Source of the DNA: an uncultured Gemmatimonadales bacterium
GTDB lineage: Bacteria; Gemmatimonadota; Gemmatimonadetes; Longimicrobiales; RSA9
Direction of reading: 5' to 3'
Length of the DNA: 64,000 nt
NCBI GenBank assembly: GCA_963708135.1
Contig: OY970192.1
Coordinates: 2,656,001 to 2,720,000, forward strand
Part shown: positions 49,648 through 60,250 of the stretch, in pieces
How positions within the stretch are numbered: position 1 is the first letter of the stretch
Layout: each line of letters starts with the position of its first letter
Made by a program: the position numbers and the translations under genes
The notes under the pieces: model-generated
The model's input: only the letters and a program-made list of their open reading frames with translations
Told to the model about the DNA's origin: nothing
Databases searched by the model: none

Positions 49648-49651
<4 letters not shown>
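48758..49651 (-). CDS. GT2 DPM1-like polyprenyl-phosphate glycosyltransferase
   Basis: MPVYNE, NRGKGAA, QDADLEYDP, TDMETCYK, FGIEPELT, GRTYAEGKKISWKDG; ATGA overlap with the pilR stop. Confidence 0.88.
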
Positions 49652-51023
<1,372 letters not shown>

Positions 51024-51024
<1 letters not shown>

Positions 51025-52691
51025 CAGCGCGGCACCCCCGCCGCCGCCGGCACGCCGGCCGGCTCCTCTCGCACTCCCGCCCTTCCCTGCCCCGGGAGGT
51101 AGACCGTGAACTGCGCTCCGCGCTCGCGCCCCGACTCGACGAAGATCGCGCCGCCGTGCGCGACCACGGCCCGGTGCACCAGCGCGAGACCCAGCCCGGT
51201 GCCACCCTTCCGCGTGGTGAAGAAGGGGTCGAAGATGCGCGTCGAATCCTCGATGGCCACGCCCGGTCCCGAGTCGGAGACCACCACCCGCACGGGCTCG
51301 GCGAGCACGACGCCGGCGGGAAGCTCCGACGGCGCCGGCGCGTCGAGCTCGACCCGCACCACCCCACCCTGCCCCGCCTGCTGGGCGCCGTTCAGTACGA
51401 GGTTGAAGATCGCCCGGTGCAGCAGGTCCTCGTCCCCCTCCACCCGCAGCGCGCCCGCGCCCGCCGCGTACTCGAGGCGCACCGAGTCCGAGTCCGGGTG
51501 CCGCTCCACCAGCTCGATCGCCTGCCGCGCCAGCGCCGCCAGGTCCACCCCGCCGCGGCGGCGCAGCTCCAGCCGGCTGAAATCCATGAACTCGGTCAGC
51601 AGCCGCGACAGCCGGTCCGACTCCGTCAGCACCAGCCCGCGCAGCGTGCCCCTGTCGCGCTCCTGCAGCCGGTTGCCGCCAAGCTGCTCGACGGCGCTCC
51701 GGATCGAGGCCAGCGGGTTCCTGATCTCGTGGGCCAGCGACGCGCCCAGCTCCGCCACCGCCTGCAGCCGCTCCGCGCGCCGCGCCAGCTCCTCCAGCCG
51801 CTTGTCCTCCGTGATGTCCTGGAACACCGCGGTCACCCACGGCACCCCCTCCCGCTCCAGGATCGTCGTGCGCGCCCCCACCACCCGCGGCCCCGCCTCC
51901 GCCGTCACCGGCATCCGGATCTCGTACTGGTGGATCGGCGTGCGCCGCGTCGCCGTGTAGGACACGGCCCCACCCAGCCCCGGCGCGGCACGGTCCAGCT
52001 CGTCCACCACCCGCACCCCGCGCCACGTCCGCTCCCGGATGCCCAGCAGCCGCTCCCCCGCCTCGTTCAGGTACACCAGCCGCCCATCCGCGTCCACCGT
52101 GACCAGCCCCGTGTCGATCGCCTGCAGGATGTCCGACGTGTCCAGCCGCAGCTGCTCCAGCTCCGACTCCACCGCCCCCAGCGCCGTGCCCGTCCGCCGC
52201 AGCCGGTCCCCGAGCGCCGCCGTCACCAGCGCCATCGCAGCGAACAGCGCCAGCTGGAGCAGCACGCTCCCCGTCGCCGGGTCCGGCTGCAGCCACGCGA
52301 TGTCCGCCACGTACAGGATCCCCGCCAGCCCGCCGATCAGCATCCCGCCCGGCAGCGGCAGCAGCAGCGCACCCGCCGCGATCACGAGGATGTAGAGCGG
52401 TGGAAACTCGCTCCGCGCCCCGCCCGTGATGTGCACCACGGCCGTGACCACGAGCGTGTCGAAGATCACCTGGAGGTAGAGGAAGTTCCGGCCCGGAAGG
52501 CGGCCCCGCAGCTGCGTGTGCCACAGACTGCCCAGCGTCACCACGATCGACAGCAGCAGCACCAGCGTGGCCACCAGCGTCGTCAGCGGCGTCGTACGCG
52601 GCCACACCAGCAGCGCACCACCGAAGATCCCGGCGGCGAGCGTGAGGCGGCCGAGATACAGCCACCTGAGCGTTCGCAGCGAATGCATCAT
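51024..52691 (-). CDS. pilS: Sensor histidine kinase PilS-like (six TM + PAS + HisKA + HATPase)
   Basis: N-terminal TMs with YLQVIFD..TGG..S.F..LY PilS signature, PAS, AHEIRNPLASI, DSGPG, FDPFFTT, GTGLGL. Confidence 0.82.
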
Positions 52692-52776
52692 CGCCTCTCG
52701 CTTGCGACAATCACTTGGGGAGCATGCCCGGGGAAGGCCGCCGTCCGGCTGGGAACCAAAAACGTAGCACCCGCTT

Positions 52777-52811
52777 TTGCAAACTGCAAGACTCGCGATT
52801 GCAAGTTCCAA
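52777..52811. promoter_or_regulatory. Pair of TTGCA-N3-TGCAA palindromes 22 bp apart
   Basis: TTGCAAACTGCAA (52777-52789) and TTGCAAGTTCCAA (52799-52811); same motif as upstream of pilA. Confidence 0.55.
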
Positions 52812-52815
52812 CAGG

Positions 52816-53116
52816 GAGTGGGGGAGTGGGGGAGTGGGAGACGGGCTGGCGGCGATGCGCGCCGCGAGAGGCCGGGCCGGGAGCGCTCACCGGCGTGCGC
52901 GGTTCCACGGCCGCGCCGCGACGGCGCGCTGCGCGACGGTGGCGCGACGCGGCGGCCCGCGGTGCGCGCCGGGAATCGTCGCCCGCGCGCGCCGGGATCG
53001 GCGCCGCGCACGGTGGCCAGAGGGACGCGGCGTGCGCCGGTATCGTCGCCGCGCACGGTGGCCGGAGGGACGCAGCGCGGGTAGCCGCGGTCCCCCACTC
53101 CCCCACTCCCCCACTC
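52816..53116. repeat. ~300-bp element bounded by inverted (GAGTGGGG)n tracts, with an internal ~45-bp tandem duplication
   Basis: Left GAGTGGGGGAGTGGGGGAGTGGG; right CCCACTCCCCCACTCCCCCACTC; internal CGCCGCGCACGGTGGCC(A/G)GAGGGACGC twice. Confidence 0.65.
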
Positions 53117-53205
53117 TCGGGGAGGGGCGCGGCCGGGAAGCCAGCCGCCCGGAACACCGCGTTCTTCCGCGGTGTTCCACGCTCATACGCGTCCGATCAG
53201 GGGGG

Positions 53206-53220
53206 TGGTACACGCCTTGC
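53206..53220 (+). promoter_or_regulatory. Sigma54 (-24/-12) promoter
   Basis: TGGTACACGCCTTGC, near consensus, 125 nt upstream of ATG 53345. Confidence 0.7.
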
Positions 53221-53344
53221 GCGCTCGGCCCATTCGCCACGGGGCCGGCGGCCCGGGACGGGGCGGAGGGCTCGGGGAACGGGGTGGGGCGGGGCGGATC
53301 CGGGTGTGGTGGTGGTGGGCAAACTTACACATGAGGGGGTCGGG

Positions 53345-56300
53345 ATGTCGCTCCGGACGAGACTGCTCTCCAGGGGGCTGCGCGAGGCGGGGCTCGCGCT
53401 GGCGGCGCTGCTGTGCCTGACGGTTTCGGCGGGTGCGCAGCAGTTCGGGCGCAACAAGGTCCAGTACGACGACTTCGACTGGCTGGTCCTGCACACCACC
53501 CATTACAAGATCCACTTCTATCCCGAGGAACGGGAGCTGGTGCAGGATGCGGCGCGGATGGCGGAGCGCTGGAATGCGCGGCTCTCGAGGGAGTTCCAGC
53601 ACAACCTGAGCGAGGTCAAGCCGATCATCTTCTACGCCGACCACCCGGACTTCGAGCAGACGAACGCGGTGGGCGGGCTGATCGACGTGGGCACCGGGGG
53701 CGTGACGGAGCCGCTCATGACGCGGCTGATCATGCCGTTCTCGGGGATCTACAAGGAAGACGACCACGTGCTGGGGCACGAGATGGCGCACGTGTTCCAG
53801 TTCGACGTGGCGAGCGCGCGGGGCGGCGGCGGGCTGGCGGCGATGGAGCGGCTGCCGTTGTGGATGATCGAGGGGATGGCGGAGTACCTCTCGAAGGGGC
53901 GGGACGACCCGCTCACGGCGCTGTGGATGCGGGATGCGGCGCTGCGGGGGGATCTGCCGAGCCTGAAGGAGCTGAGCTCGCCGACGTACTCGGGGTACCT
54001 GGCGTACCGCTACGGCGAGGCGCTGTGGGCGTTCATCGGCGGGAAGTGGGGCGACCGTGCGGTGACGGACGTGTACCGCTTCGCGCTGCGGGAGGGCCCG
54101 GAGGGCGCGATCCGGCGGGTGCTCGGGGTAACGAGCGCGCAGCTCGGGCAGCAGTGGATCACGGCGGTGCGCGAGGAGTACCTGCCGCTGATCCAGGGGC
54201 GGACCCGCCCGGACGACGCGGGCAAGCGCGTGCTCGGAGAGGGCAAGGTGGGTGACAACAACCTGGGGCCGGTGCTCTCGCCCGACGGGCGCTACGTGGC
54301 GTTCTTCGGCGTGCGCAGCCTGTTCTCGATCGACCTGCTGCTCGCGGACGCGCACACGGGGAAGATCATCCGGCACCTGACCAGCCCGCTGAACGACCCT
54401 CACTTCGACGCCATCAGCTTCATCAACTCGGCCGGCTCGTGGTCGCCGGACGGGAAGCGGTTCGCGTTCATCGTGGATGCGGAGGGGAACGACCAGATCG
54501 CGATCGTGGACGTCGCCTCGGGCAACATCGAGCGCAACTACGAGATCAAGGGCGTGGGCGAGGTGAACAGCCCGGCGTGGTCGCCGGACGGCACGCGCAT
54601 CGCCTTCTCGGGCTCCGCGGGCGGGATCAGCGACCTGTACATGCTGGACATGGGCTCGGGGCAGGTCACGCAGCTGACGAACGACAAGTATGGCGACCTG
54701 GATCCCGACTGGTCGCCGGACGGCCGCACCCTCGCCTTCGCGACGGACCGCTCCGAGGGCACCGATTTCCGCACGCTGAAATACGAGCCGCTGCACATCG
54801 CGCTCTTCGACGTCTCGACGCACCAGGTCCGGCTCGTGCCGGGGTTCGCCGGCGCCACGCACATCAACCCGCAGTTCTCGCCGGATGGCAAGAGCATCTA
54901 CTACGTGGCCAATCCGGACGGTTTCCAGGACGTGTACCGCACGGACCTGGGCACGGGGCAGATCTACCAGGTGACGCGCCTGGCCACGGGGGTGAGCGGG
55001 AACACCGACCTCTCGCCGGCCATCACGGTGGCCAGCCAGAGCGGCGACCTGATGTTCACCGCGTTCCAGAACTCCGGCTTCGACGTGTACTCCCGGGCCG
55101 CCGCGGACGCGCAGGGGACGCCGGTGACGACGACCGGGCCGCAGGTGGCGGCCGGGGTGCTGCCGCCGGTGCAGGCGATGTCGACGAGCCTGGTCATGCA
55201 ATACCTTCGCGACGCCGAGACCGGGCTGCCGCCGGCGGACACCACGTTCGCGGTGAACACGTACCATCCCGGGCTCGCGCTCGAGTACATCGGGCAGCCG
55301 ACCCTCGGCGTCGGCACCAGCTCGTTCGGCACCATGATCGGCGGCGGCGCGTCGGCCTACTTCGGCGATCTGCTGGGCAACCGCACGCTGGGCGTCGCCG
55401 TGCAGGCGAACGGCCAGGTGCAGGACATCGGCGGACAGTTCTTCTACGAGAACTCGGCCAAGCGCTGGAACTGGGCGGGAGTGGCGGGCCATATTCCGTA
55501 CCTGACCGGCTACACGGACATCGTCCCGACAACGGGCAGCGTGAACGGCATCCCGGCGGACGGAATCATCCGGCAGCACCTGCTGCGGGTGTACGTGGAC
55601 CAGGCCGGGCTGCTCACGCAGTACCCGATCTCGCAGACCCGCCGCTGGGAGTTCTCCGGCCAGTTCACGCGTTACAGCTATGGGACGGAGCTGCGCCAGT
55701 TCTTCCTGCAGGGGAACTCGATCATCGGGGAGCAGCAGCTCAAGAACGACACCACCGCGTTCTGGGGCAACCTGCAGGGGCTCAGCCTGGTCCAGGCGTC
55801 GGCCGCGTTCGTGGGCGACTACTCCTACTTCGGCTTCACGTCCCCCGTGGCCGGCGGCCGCTACCGCTTCGAGGCCACGCCCACGACCGGCACCTACACC
55901 TTCACCACGCTCTACGGCGACTACCGCCACTACTTCTTCTTCCAGCCCTTCACCTTCGCGATCCGCGGCCTCGAGTTCGGCCGCTACTTCGAGAACACGA
56001 AGACCAAGCTGGCGGAGGAGAGCAACGGCGCGCTCCAGCCCCTGTTCCTCGGATATCCCACGCTCGTCCGCGGCTACGAGTACAGCAACTTCAGCGGCGC
56101 GGAGTGCACCGGCAGCTCGAGCAGCAGCAACTCCTGCCCGCAGTTCAACCGGCTGTTCGGCTCCAGGATCGCCGTGGCCAACCTCGAGCTGCGCGTGCCC
56201 CTCTTCGGCGTTCAGCAGTACGGGCTCATCAAGTTCCCGTTCCTGCCCACCGACCTCTCCGCCTTCGTCAACGGCGGCGTGGCATGGGGCCTCGACAACA

Positions 56301-56482
56301 CGGGTCCGGTCAAGTTCGAGTTCGCGCGCAACACCGAGGACCACGTGCCCGTGTTCAGCACCGGCGTGAGCGCCCGCTTCAACATTCTCGGCTACCTGAT
56401 CGGCGAGGTCTACTGGGCCTACCCGTTCCAGCGGCCGGTGAAGGGCGGGCACTTCGGGTTCCAGATCGCGCCCGGGTGGTAA
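53345..56482 (+). CDS. Outer-membrane Omp85-family protein with N-terminal zinc-peptidase-like domain and TolB-like (PD40) beta-propeller
   Basis: Signal peptide, FGRNKVQY, HEMAH..WMIEGMAEYLS, several WSPDG repeats, beta-barrel with VRGY motif, C-terminal Trp. Confidence 0.8.
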   Translation: MSLRTRLLSRGLREAGLALAALLCLTVSAGAQQFGRNKVQYDDFDWLVLHTTHYKIHFYPEERELVQDAARMAERWNARLSREFQHNLSEVKPIIFYADHPDFEQTNAVGGLIDVGTGGVTEPLMTRLIMPFSGIYKEDDHVLGHEMAHVFQFDVASARGGGGLAAMERLPLWMIEGMAEYLSKGRDDPLTALWMRDAALRGDLPSLKELSSPTYSGYLAYRYGEALWAFIGGKWGDRAVTDVYRFALREGPEGAIRRVLGVTSAQLGQQWITAVREEYLPLIQGRTRPDDAGKRVLGEGKVGDNNLGPVLSPDGRYVAFFGVRSLFSIDLLLADAHTGKIIRHLTSPLNDPHFDAISFINSAGSWSPDGKRFAFIVDAEGNDQIAIVDVASGNIERNYEIKGVGEVNSPAWSPDGTRIAFSGSAGGISDLYMLDMGSGQVTQLTNDKYGDLDPDWSPDGRTLAFATDRSEGTDFRTLKYEPLHIALFDVSTHQVRLVPGFAGATHINPQFSPDGKSIYYVANPDGFQDVYRTDLGTGQIYQVTRLATGVSGNTDLSPAITVASQSGDLMFTAFQNSGFDVYSRAAADAQGTPVTTTGPQVAAGVLPPVQAMSTSLVMQYLRDAETGLPPADTTFAVNTYHPGLALEYIGQPTLGVGTSSFGTMIGGGASAYFGDLLGNRTLGVAVQANGQVQDIGGQFFYENSAKRWNWAGVAGHIPYLTGYTDIVPTTGSVNGIPADGIIRQHLLRVYVDQAGLLTQYPISQTRRWEFSGQFTRYSYGTELRQFFLQGNSIIGEQQLKNDTTAFWGNLQGLSLVQASAAFVGDYSYFGFTSPVAGGRYRFEATPTTGTYTFTTLYGDYRHYFFFQPFTFAIRGLEFGRYFENTKTKLAEESNGALQPLFLGYPTLVRGYEYSNFSGAECTGSSSSSNSCPQFNRLFGSRIAVANLELRVPLFGVQQYGLIKFPFLPTDLSAFVNGGVAWGLDNTGPVKFEFARNTEDHVPVFSTGVSARFNILGYLIGEVYWAYPFQRPVKGGHFGFQIAPGW

Positions 56483-56537
56483 CTGCAACTGCCGGTGGGG
56501 ATGGGGGTGACGGGTGGGGGTGAGGCACTACGGGAGC

Positions 56538-56583
56538 ACGACGGGTGGGCGAGCGCGGATTCCGGCGCTCCCCCACCCGTCGT
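56538..56583. terminator. Strong hairpin between convergent genes (possible bidirectional terminator)
   Basis: ACGACGGGTGGG..GAGCGC/GCGCTC..CCCACCCGTCGT; no clear U-tract. Confidence 0.45.
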
Positions 56584-56592
56584 CTTACCCGA

Positions 56593-57009
56593 TCACCACA
56601 CGTGAATGCCGGCGATTGCCGCGACGATTTCGGGATCCCGCGTGACCAAAGGGTATTCCAGGGCCACCGCCGTCGCCGCAATCAAGCGATCACACCGCTC
56701 AGATATCGCGAACAGCTCGTGGGAGCGAAGTACGATCTCGGTGGTCAGTGGCACGACTCTGTATCGAGACGGGGTTGTCTCGAGCCGCTCGACGAAGGCG
56801 CTGAAGGACTCGCCGAGGTCGACCTCGCCGCCCTGCACCGCCTCATCCAACTCCACAAGGCAGACGGTAGGGATGCAGACGACCGCCGCGCCGCGGTCAA
56901 CCCGGTCGAAGAACGCGTTCGCGTTCCGACCTAGTCGCTTGCTCGCGTTCGTGACCCACCAGATGAGCGCGTGCGTGTCGGTGCCTGCGGTCGCCGGAGA
57001 GCGACTCAC
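56593..57009 (-). CDS. PIN-domain (VapC-like) toxin
   Basis: DTHALIWW, CLVEL, DRLIAATA..YPLVTRD; GTGA overlap with the antitoxin stop. Confidence 0.85.
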   Translation of the reverse strand: MSRSPATAGTDTHALIWWVTNASKRLGRNANAFFDRVDRGAAVVCIPTVCLVELDEAVQGGEVDLGESFSAFVERLETTPSRYRVVPLTTEIVLRSHELFAISERCDRLIAATAVALEYPLVTRDPEIVAAIAGIHVW

Positions 57010-57335
57010 TTGATCGAGGCGCGCTTTTCGGCAGCCAAGGAGGCCTGCTTCCGACGAACGTCGACGAGCACATCGTCGGGTGCCACACGCAAACTGCCGA
57101 GGCCACGGAGTGGACGGGGGTGAGGGCCAACTCGGGCGCGCAACGCCGCCAGGTCGGCCTCGAGGCCCGCGATCTCGCTCTTGCGAAGCAGAACAACGTG
57201 CTCCTCGTGCTCTCGGTGGGACAGCTCGATCCGCGCGGAGCGCCCCTCGAGGACATCGTCCACGAGATCGTAGAGGTGCGCGCGAGCCGTGGTCACTGGG
57301 AGGACCGCTGCGCGTTCTTGGTGCTTCCGCCTCAT
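57006..57335 (-). CDS. Phd/YefM-like antitoxin
   Basis: VLPVTTARAHLYDLVDDV Phd-like N-terminus; directly upstream of the PIN gene; GGAGG RBS. Confidence 0.7.
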   Translation of the reverse strand: MRRKHQERAAVLPVTTARAHLYDLVDDVLEGRSARIELSHREHEEHVVLLRKSEIAGLEADLAALRARVGPHPRPLRGLGSLRVAPDDVLVDVRRKQASLAAEKRASIK

Positions 57336-57352
57336 GGCTTCCTCCGTGAACC

Positions 57353-57370
57353 CGTACGCTCATGCGTACG
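57353..57370. promoter_or_regulatory. Palindromic operator of the TA operon
   Basis: CGTACGC-TCAT-GCGTACG, 18 nt upstream of the antitoxin ATG. Confidence 0.55.
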
Positions 57371-57434
57371 TCCACCATAACCTGCCGTCGCGCGAGCATC
57401 AACTGCCCAACAGGCACATTGGCGCTATTGCCGA

Positions 57435-58061
57435 TCAGCGGGCGCGGCGATATGCCATGGTGTACTGGATTGGCCCGGGCAGGCGGGGGCTCGTGATGGT
57501 GACGTGCAGGTGCATGGTGGTGCCGTCGGGGTCGAGCGAGTAGCGGTTCACGCGTGTGCCGTCGCCGGCCTTGAAGCTCTCCCGCAGCGCGCCGTCCTCC
57601 CACTCCGACCGTACCTCCAGCACCTCGCCATCCTCGGGGCGCGTCCACTGGATCGGGGTGCCATCGGCCGGGGTCACAAGCGGCGCTCGCTGGTCGGTCT
57701 GCACGCTGACCGCCGTCGAGTCGGTGCGGATCACCACCCGCCGGTAGGGCACGTTGGTGGCGCGCAGCCGCTTGCGCGCGAACGGCTTGGTGATGAAGCT
57801 CATGTGATGCGTGCCGTCGTTGATGGCCTTCTCGACATCGTCGCTGGCGGCAGAGTCCCAGACGAAGGTGCCGGCGAGCGCGGGCGCCTGCGGCGAAGGC
57901 GCCCGCGCGTGGGTGGTATGGGGGGCGCCCCCATGCGGAGGCGATCCCGCCGCCGCTTCGGCCGGCCGCACCGCGGCAGCGGCCGCGCGGCCAACGGGCG
58001 CGGCCGCGAGCAGGGGCAGAGCGGCCAGGCCGAGCAGCGGCAGCCAGCGGGAGCGACTCAT
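57435..58061 (-). CDS. Secreted hypothetical protein (lipocalin-like beta-barrel suspected)
   Basis: Signal peptide, LAGTFVWD, RYSLDPDGTTMHLHVT; GAGG RBS. Confidence 0.65.
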   Translation of the reverse strand: MSRSRWLPLLGLAALPLLAAAPVGRAAAAAVRPAEAAAGSPPHGGAPHTTHARAPSPQAPALAGTFVWDSAASDDVEKAINDGTHHMSFITKPFARKRLRATNVPYRRVVIRTDSTAVSVQTDQRAPLVTPADGTPIQWTRPEDGEVLEVRSEWEDGALRESFKAGDGTRVNRYSLDPDGTTMHLHVTITSPRLPGPIQYTMAYRRAR

Positions 58062-58203
58062 CGGGGTCCTCAGTGGGCGGTGTGCGGGATGGGGGACACG
58101 GGTTCTACCCCGGGCGGCGCGGCGCGGTCACGGCGAGGCACCGACCTCAGGCGGAGCGGAGCTCGGCGAAGGGGTGGACGCGCCATTGGCGGAAGGACCC
58201 GAA

Positions 58204-58473
58204 CTAGCGGCGGAACTCCCGCAGATCGGAGCGGAGCTCGCCGACCTCGCTGCCCAGCGCCTCGACCGCGGAGCGGAGCGCGCGCAGGTCGGTGCCATGC
58301 CCGTCCAGCCGTTCCGAGTTCGACTCGAGCCGTGCCGTATTCGACTCGAGCCGTGCAGCATTCGCTTCCGCCAGGGCCCGCAGCGCGCGCAGCTCGGCGC
58401 CGTGATCGTTGTAGACGGCCAGGATATAGCCCTCGAGGCGCTCGAAGGCGGCGCGGATTTCGGTGTCCTCCAT
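58204..58473 (-). CDS. Small coiled-coil protein (89 aa) with heptad repeat
   Basis: MEDTEIRAAFERLEGY..ARLESN-T-ARLESN..; 21-bp tandem repeat at ~58319-58360. Confidence 0.5.
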   Translation of the reverse strand: MEDTEIRAAFERLEGYILAVYNDHGAELRALRALAEANAARLESNTARLESNSERLDGHGTDLRALRSAVEALGSEVGELRSDLREFRR

Positions 58474-58653
58474 GGACCGAAATATACGTCCGGCGGCGCC
58501 GGTGCTCCATAGCGGAACGTGCCACCGCGCTGTCCGAACGCGCCCATCCGAAATTCCAGCCGCCGCGGGCGTGGCTCCGCCCGACACAAGATCGGCGCGT
58601 CATGCGCGCCGATCTCGAGCCGGGCCGTTCGCGAACAGAATCGGGGGCGCCGC

Positions 58654-59778
58654 TCAGCGGCTCCGGGCCTCCGGCTCCGAATGCTCCTCCAGCGTCTCCA
58701 CGGCGCGCTCCGCCGCGTGGCCGTCCCAGCCCTCGGGGGCGCGGCTGCCGGCCGGCACCCGTCCCGCGCACCGGGCCTCGCGGAAGGAGGCCAGGATGCC
58801 ATCGACGGTGAGCGGCCAGGGGGCGAGGCGGTTGGTGCCGACCTGGATCGTGACGGGGCGCTCCGTCGCCTCGCGCAACGTGACACATGGAACCCCGAGG
58901 GCCGTGGTCTCCTCCTGGATCCCACCGGAATCCGTGAGCACGACGGCCGCGCCATCCGTGAGCGAGAGCATCTCGAGGTAGCCGAGCGGCTCGGTCGCGC
59001 GGATCGGCGCCAGTGCCTGCCCCAGGCCGAACGCCTCGATCCTCCTGGCCGTGCGCGGGTGCAGCGGCAGGACCACCGGCAGCTCGGAGGCGACAGCGCC
59101 GAGACCAGCCAGCACGCGCGCGAGCGGCCCCGGCGCGTCCACGTTCGACGGGCAATGCAGCGTCACGACCACGTAACCCCCGGGATCGAGGCCCAGCGCG
59201 CCGGGCATATCGGTTCGTCGCGCCGCCTCCCGCCGCGCCAACAGCGTATCGATCATGACGTTGCCGATGAAGGCGACGCGCGCCTCCGGGATTCCCTCGC
59301 CGAGGAGATTGGGCAGCGCGTCCCGGCTAGGTGTGAGCAGCAAATCACTGAGCCGGTCCGTCAGGACCCGGTTCACCTCCTCTGGCATGCGCCAGTCCCC
59401 GCTCCTGAGCCCCGCCTCGACGTGCGCGATCCGGACGCCGATCTCCTCCCTCAGCTTCGAGGCAACCAGCGCACAGGCGAGGGTGGAGTTGACGTCGCCC
59501 ACGACGACGAGCCAGTCGGGCCGCACGTTAGTGAGGACCGGCTCGAACGCCTCCATGATGCGTGCCGTCTGAATGGCATGGGAACCGGAGCCCACGCCGA
59601 GGTGATAGTCGGGCGCGCGCAGGTCGAGGTCCCGGAAGAAGGTGTCTGACATGGTGGCGTCGTAGTGCTGCCCCGTGTGGACGAACACGCCCTCATGCCC
59701 GCGCGCGCATAACGCACGCAGCACTGGCGCGACCTTCATGAAATTGGGGCGGGCACCGGCGACGACAACTACGTGCAT
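58654..59778 (-). CDS. wecB: UDP-N-acetylglucosamine 2-epimerase (non-hydrolysing)
   Basis: GARPNFMK, HTGQHYD, GDVNST, HVEAGLRS, PEEVNR, TDSGGIQEE, TERP, WDGHAAER. Confidence 0.92.
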   Translation of the reverse strand: MHVVVVAGARPNFMKVAPVLRALCARGHEGVFVHTGQHYDATMSDTFFRDLDLRAPDYHLGVGSGSHAIQTARIMEAFEPVLTNVRPDWLVVVGDVNSTLACALVASKLREEIGVRIAHVEAGLRSGDWRMPEEVNRVLTDRLSDLLLTPSRDALPNLLGEGIPEARVAFIGNVMIDTLLARREAARRTDMPGALGLDPGGYVVVTLHCPSNVDAPGPLARVLAGLGAVASELPVVLPLHPRTARRIEAFGLGQALAPIRATEPLGYLEMLSLTDGAAVVLTDSGGIQEETTALGVPCVTLREATERPVTIQVGTNRLAPWPLTVDGILASFREARCAGRVPAGSRAPEGWDGHAAERAVETLEEHSEPEARSR

Positions 59779-59860
59779 TGGATGTCAGCCTCGATATCCT
59801 CGGGGTAGAAGCGGGCCAGTGCCTGGTGTGTCGTCGTTGAGGTCATGGGTCTGAAGTTAA

Positions 59861-60142
59861 GGCTCCTCGCTGTTCCGAGTGGGTGAGGATTAGACCCCTG
59901 TGCGGGGGCGGGTGCGGCTCCGCCCCCCTGTGCGTGTGCGGGCCACCTGGGCGCCTCCCGCGTTGCGGGCCCGTGCCCGGGGTTCACGCGGTTCCGTCTT
60001 ACGTCCCGTGCTTCCTACCACCGCCTCAGGCCGCAAGCGCAAGCGGATCCGGCAAGCGGGATGCGGGCACGAACCTTCGCACACGCACACGGGTTTCGAG
60101 CCGCCGCCGGCCGGCGGAACCCACGTGAGACAGCGAGGAGCC
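59861..60142. mobile_element. Non-autonomous MITE (282 bp) with terminal inverted repeats and 8-bp target-site duplication
   Basis: Perfect 13-bp TIR GGCTCCTCGCTGT (59861-59873 and 60130-60142), extending imperfectly to ~24 bp; direct repeat GAAGTTAA on both flanks (59853-59860, 60143-60150); no transposase. Confidence 0.82.
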
Positions 60143-60250
60143 GAAGTTAATCGATCGGGAGGGCGGGGCCAACCGGGCCTTTAGACGAGCCGCGACGGGT
60201 CAGCGAGCCGGGTTTTCGCGCCCACGCCCACCCCCACCCGCAGTCGCAGT

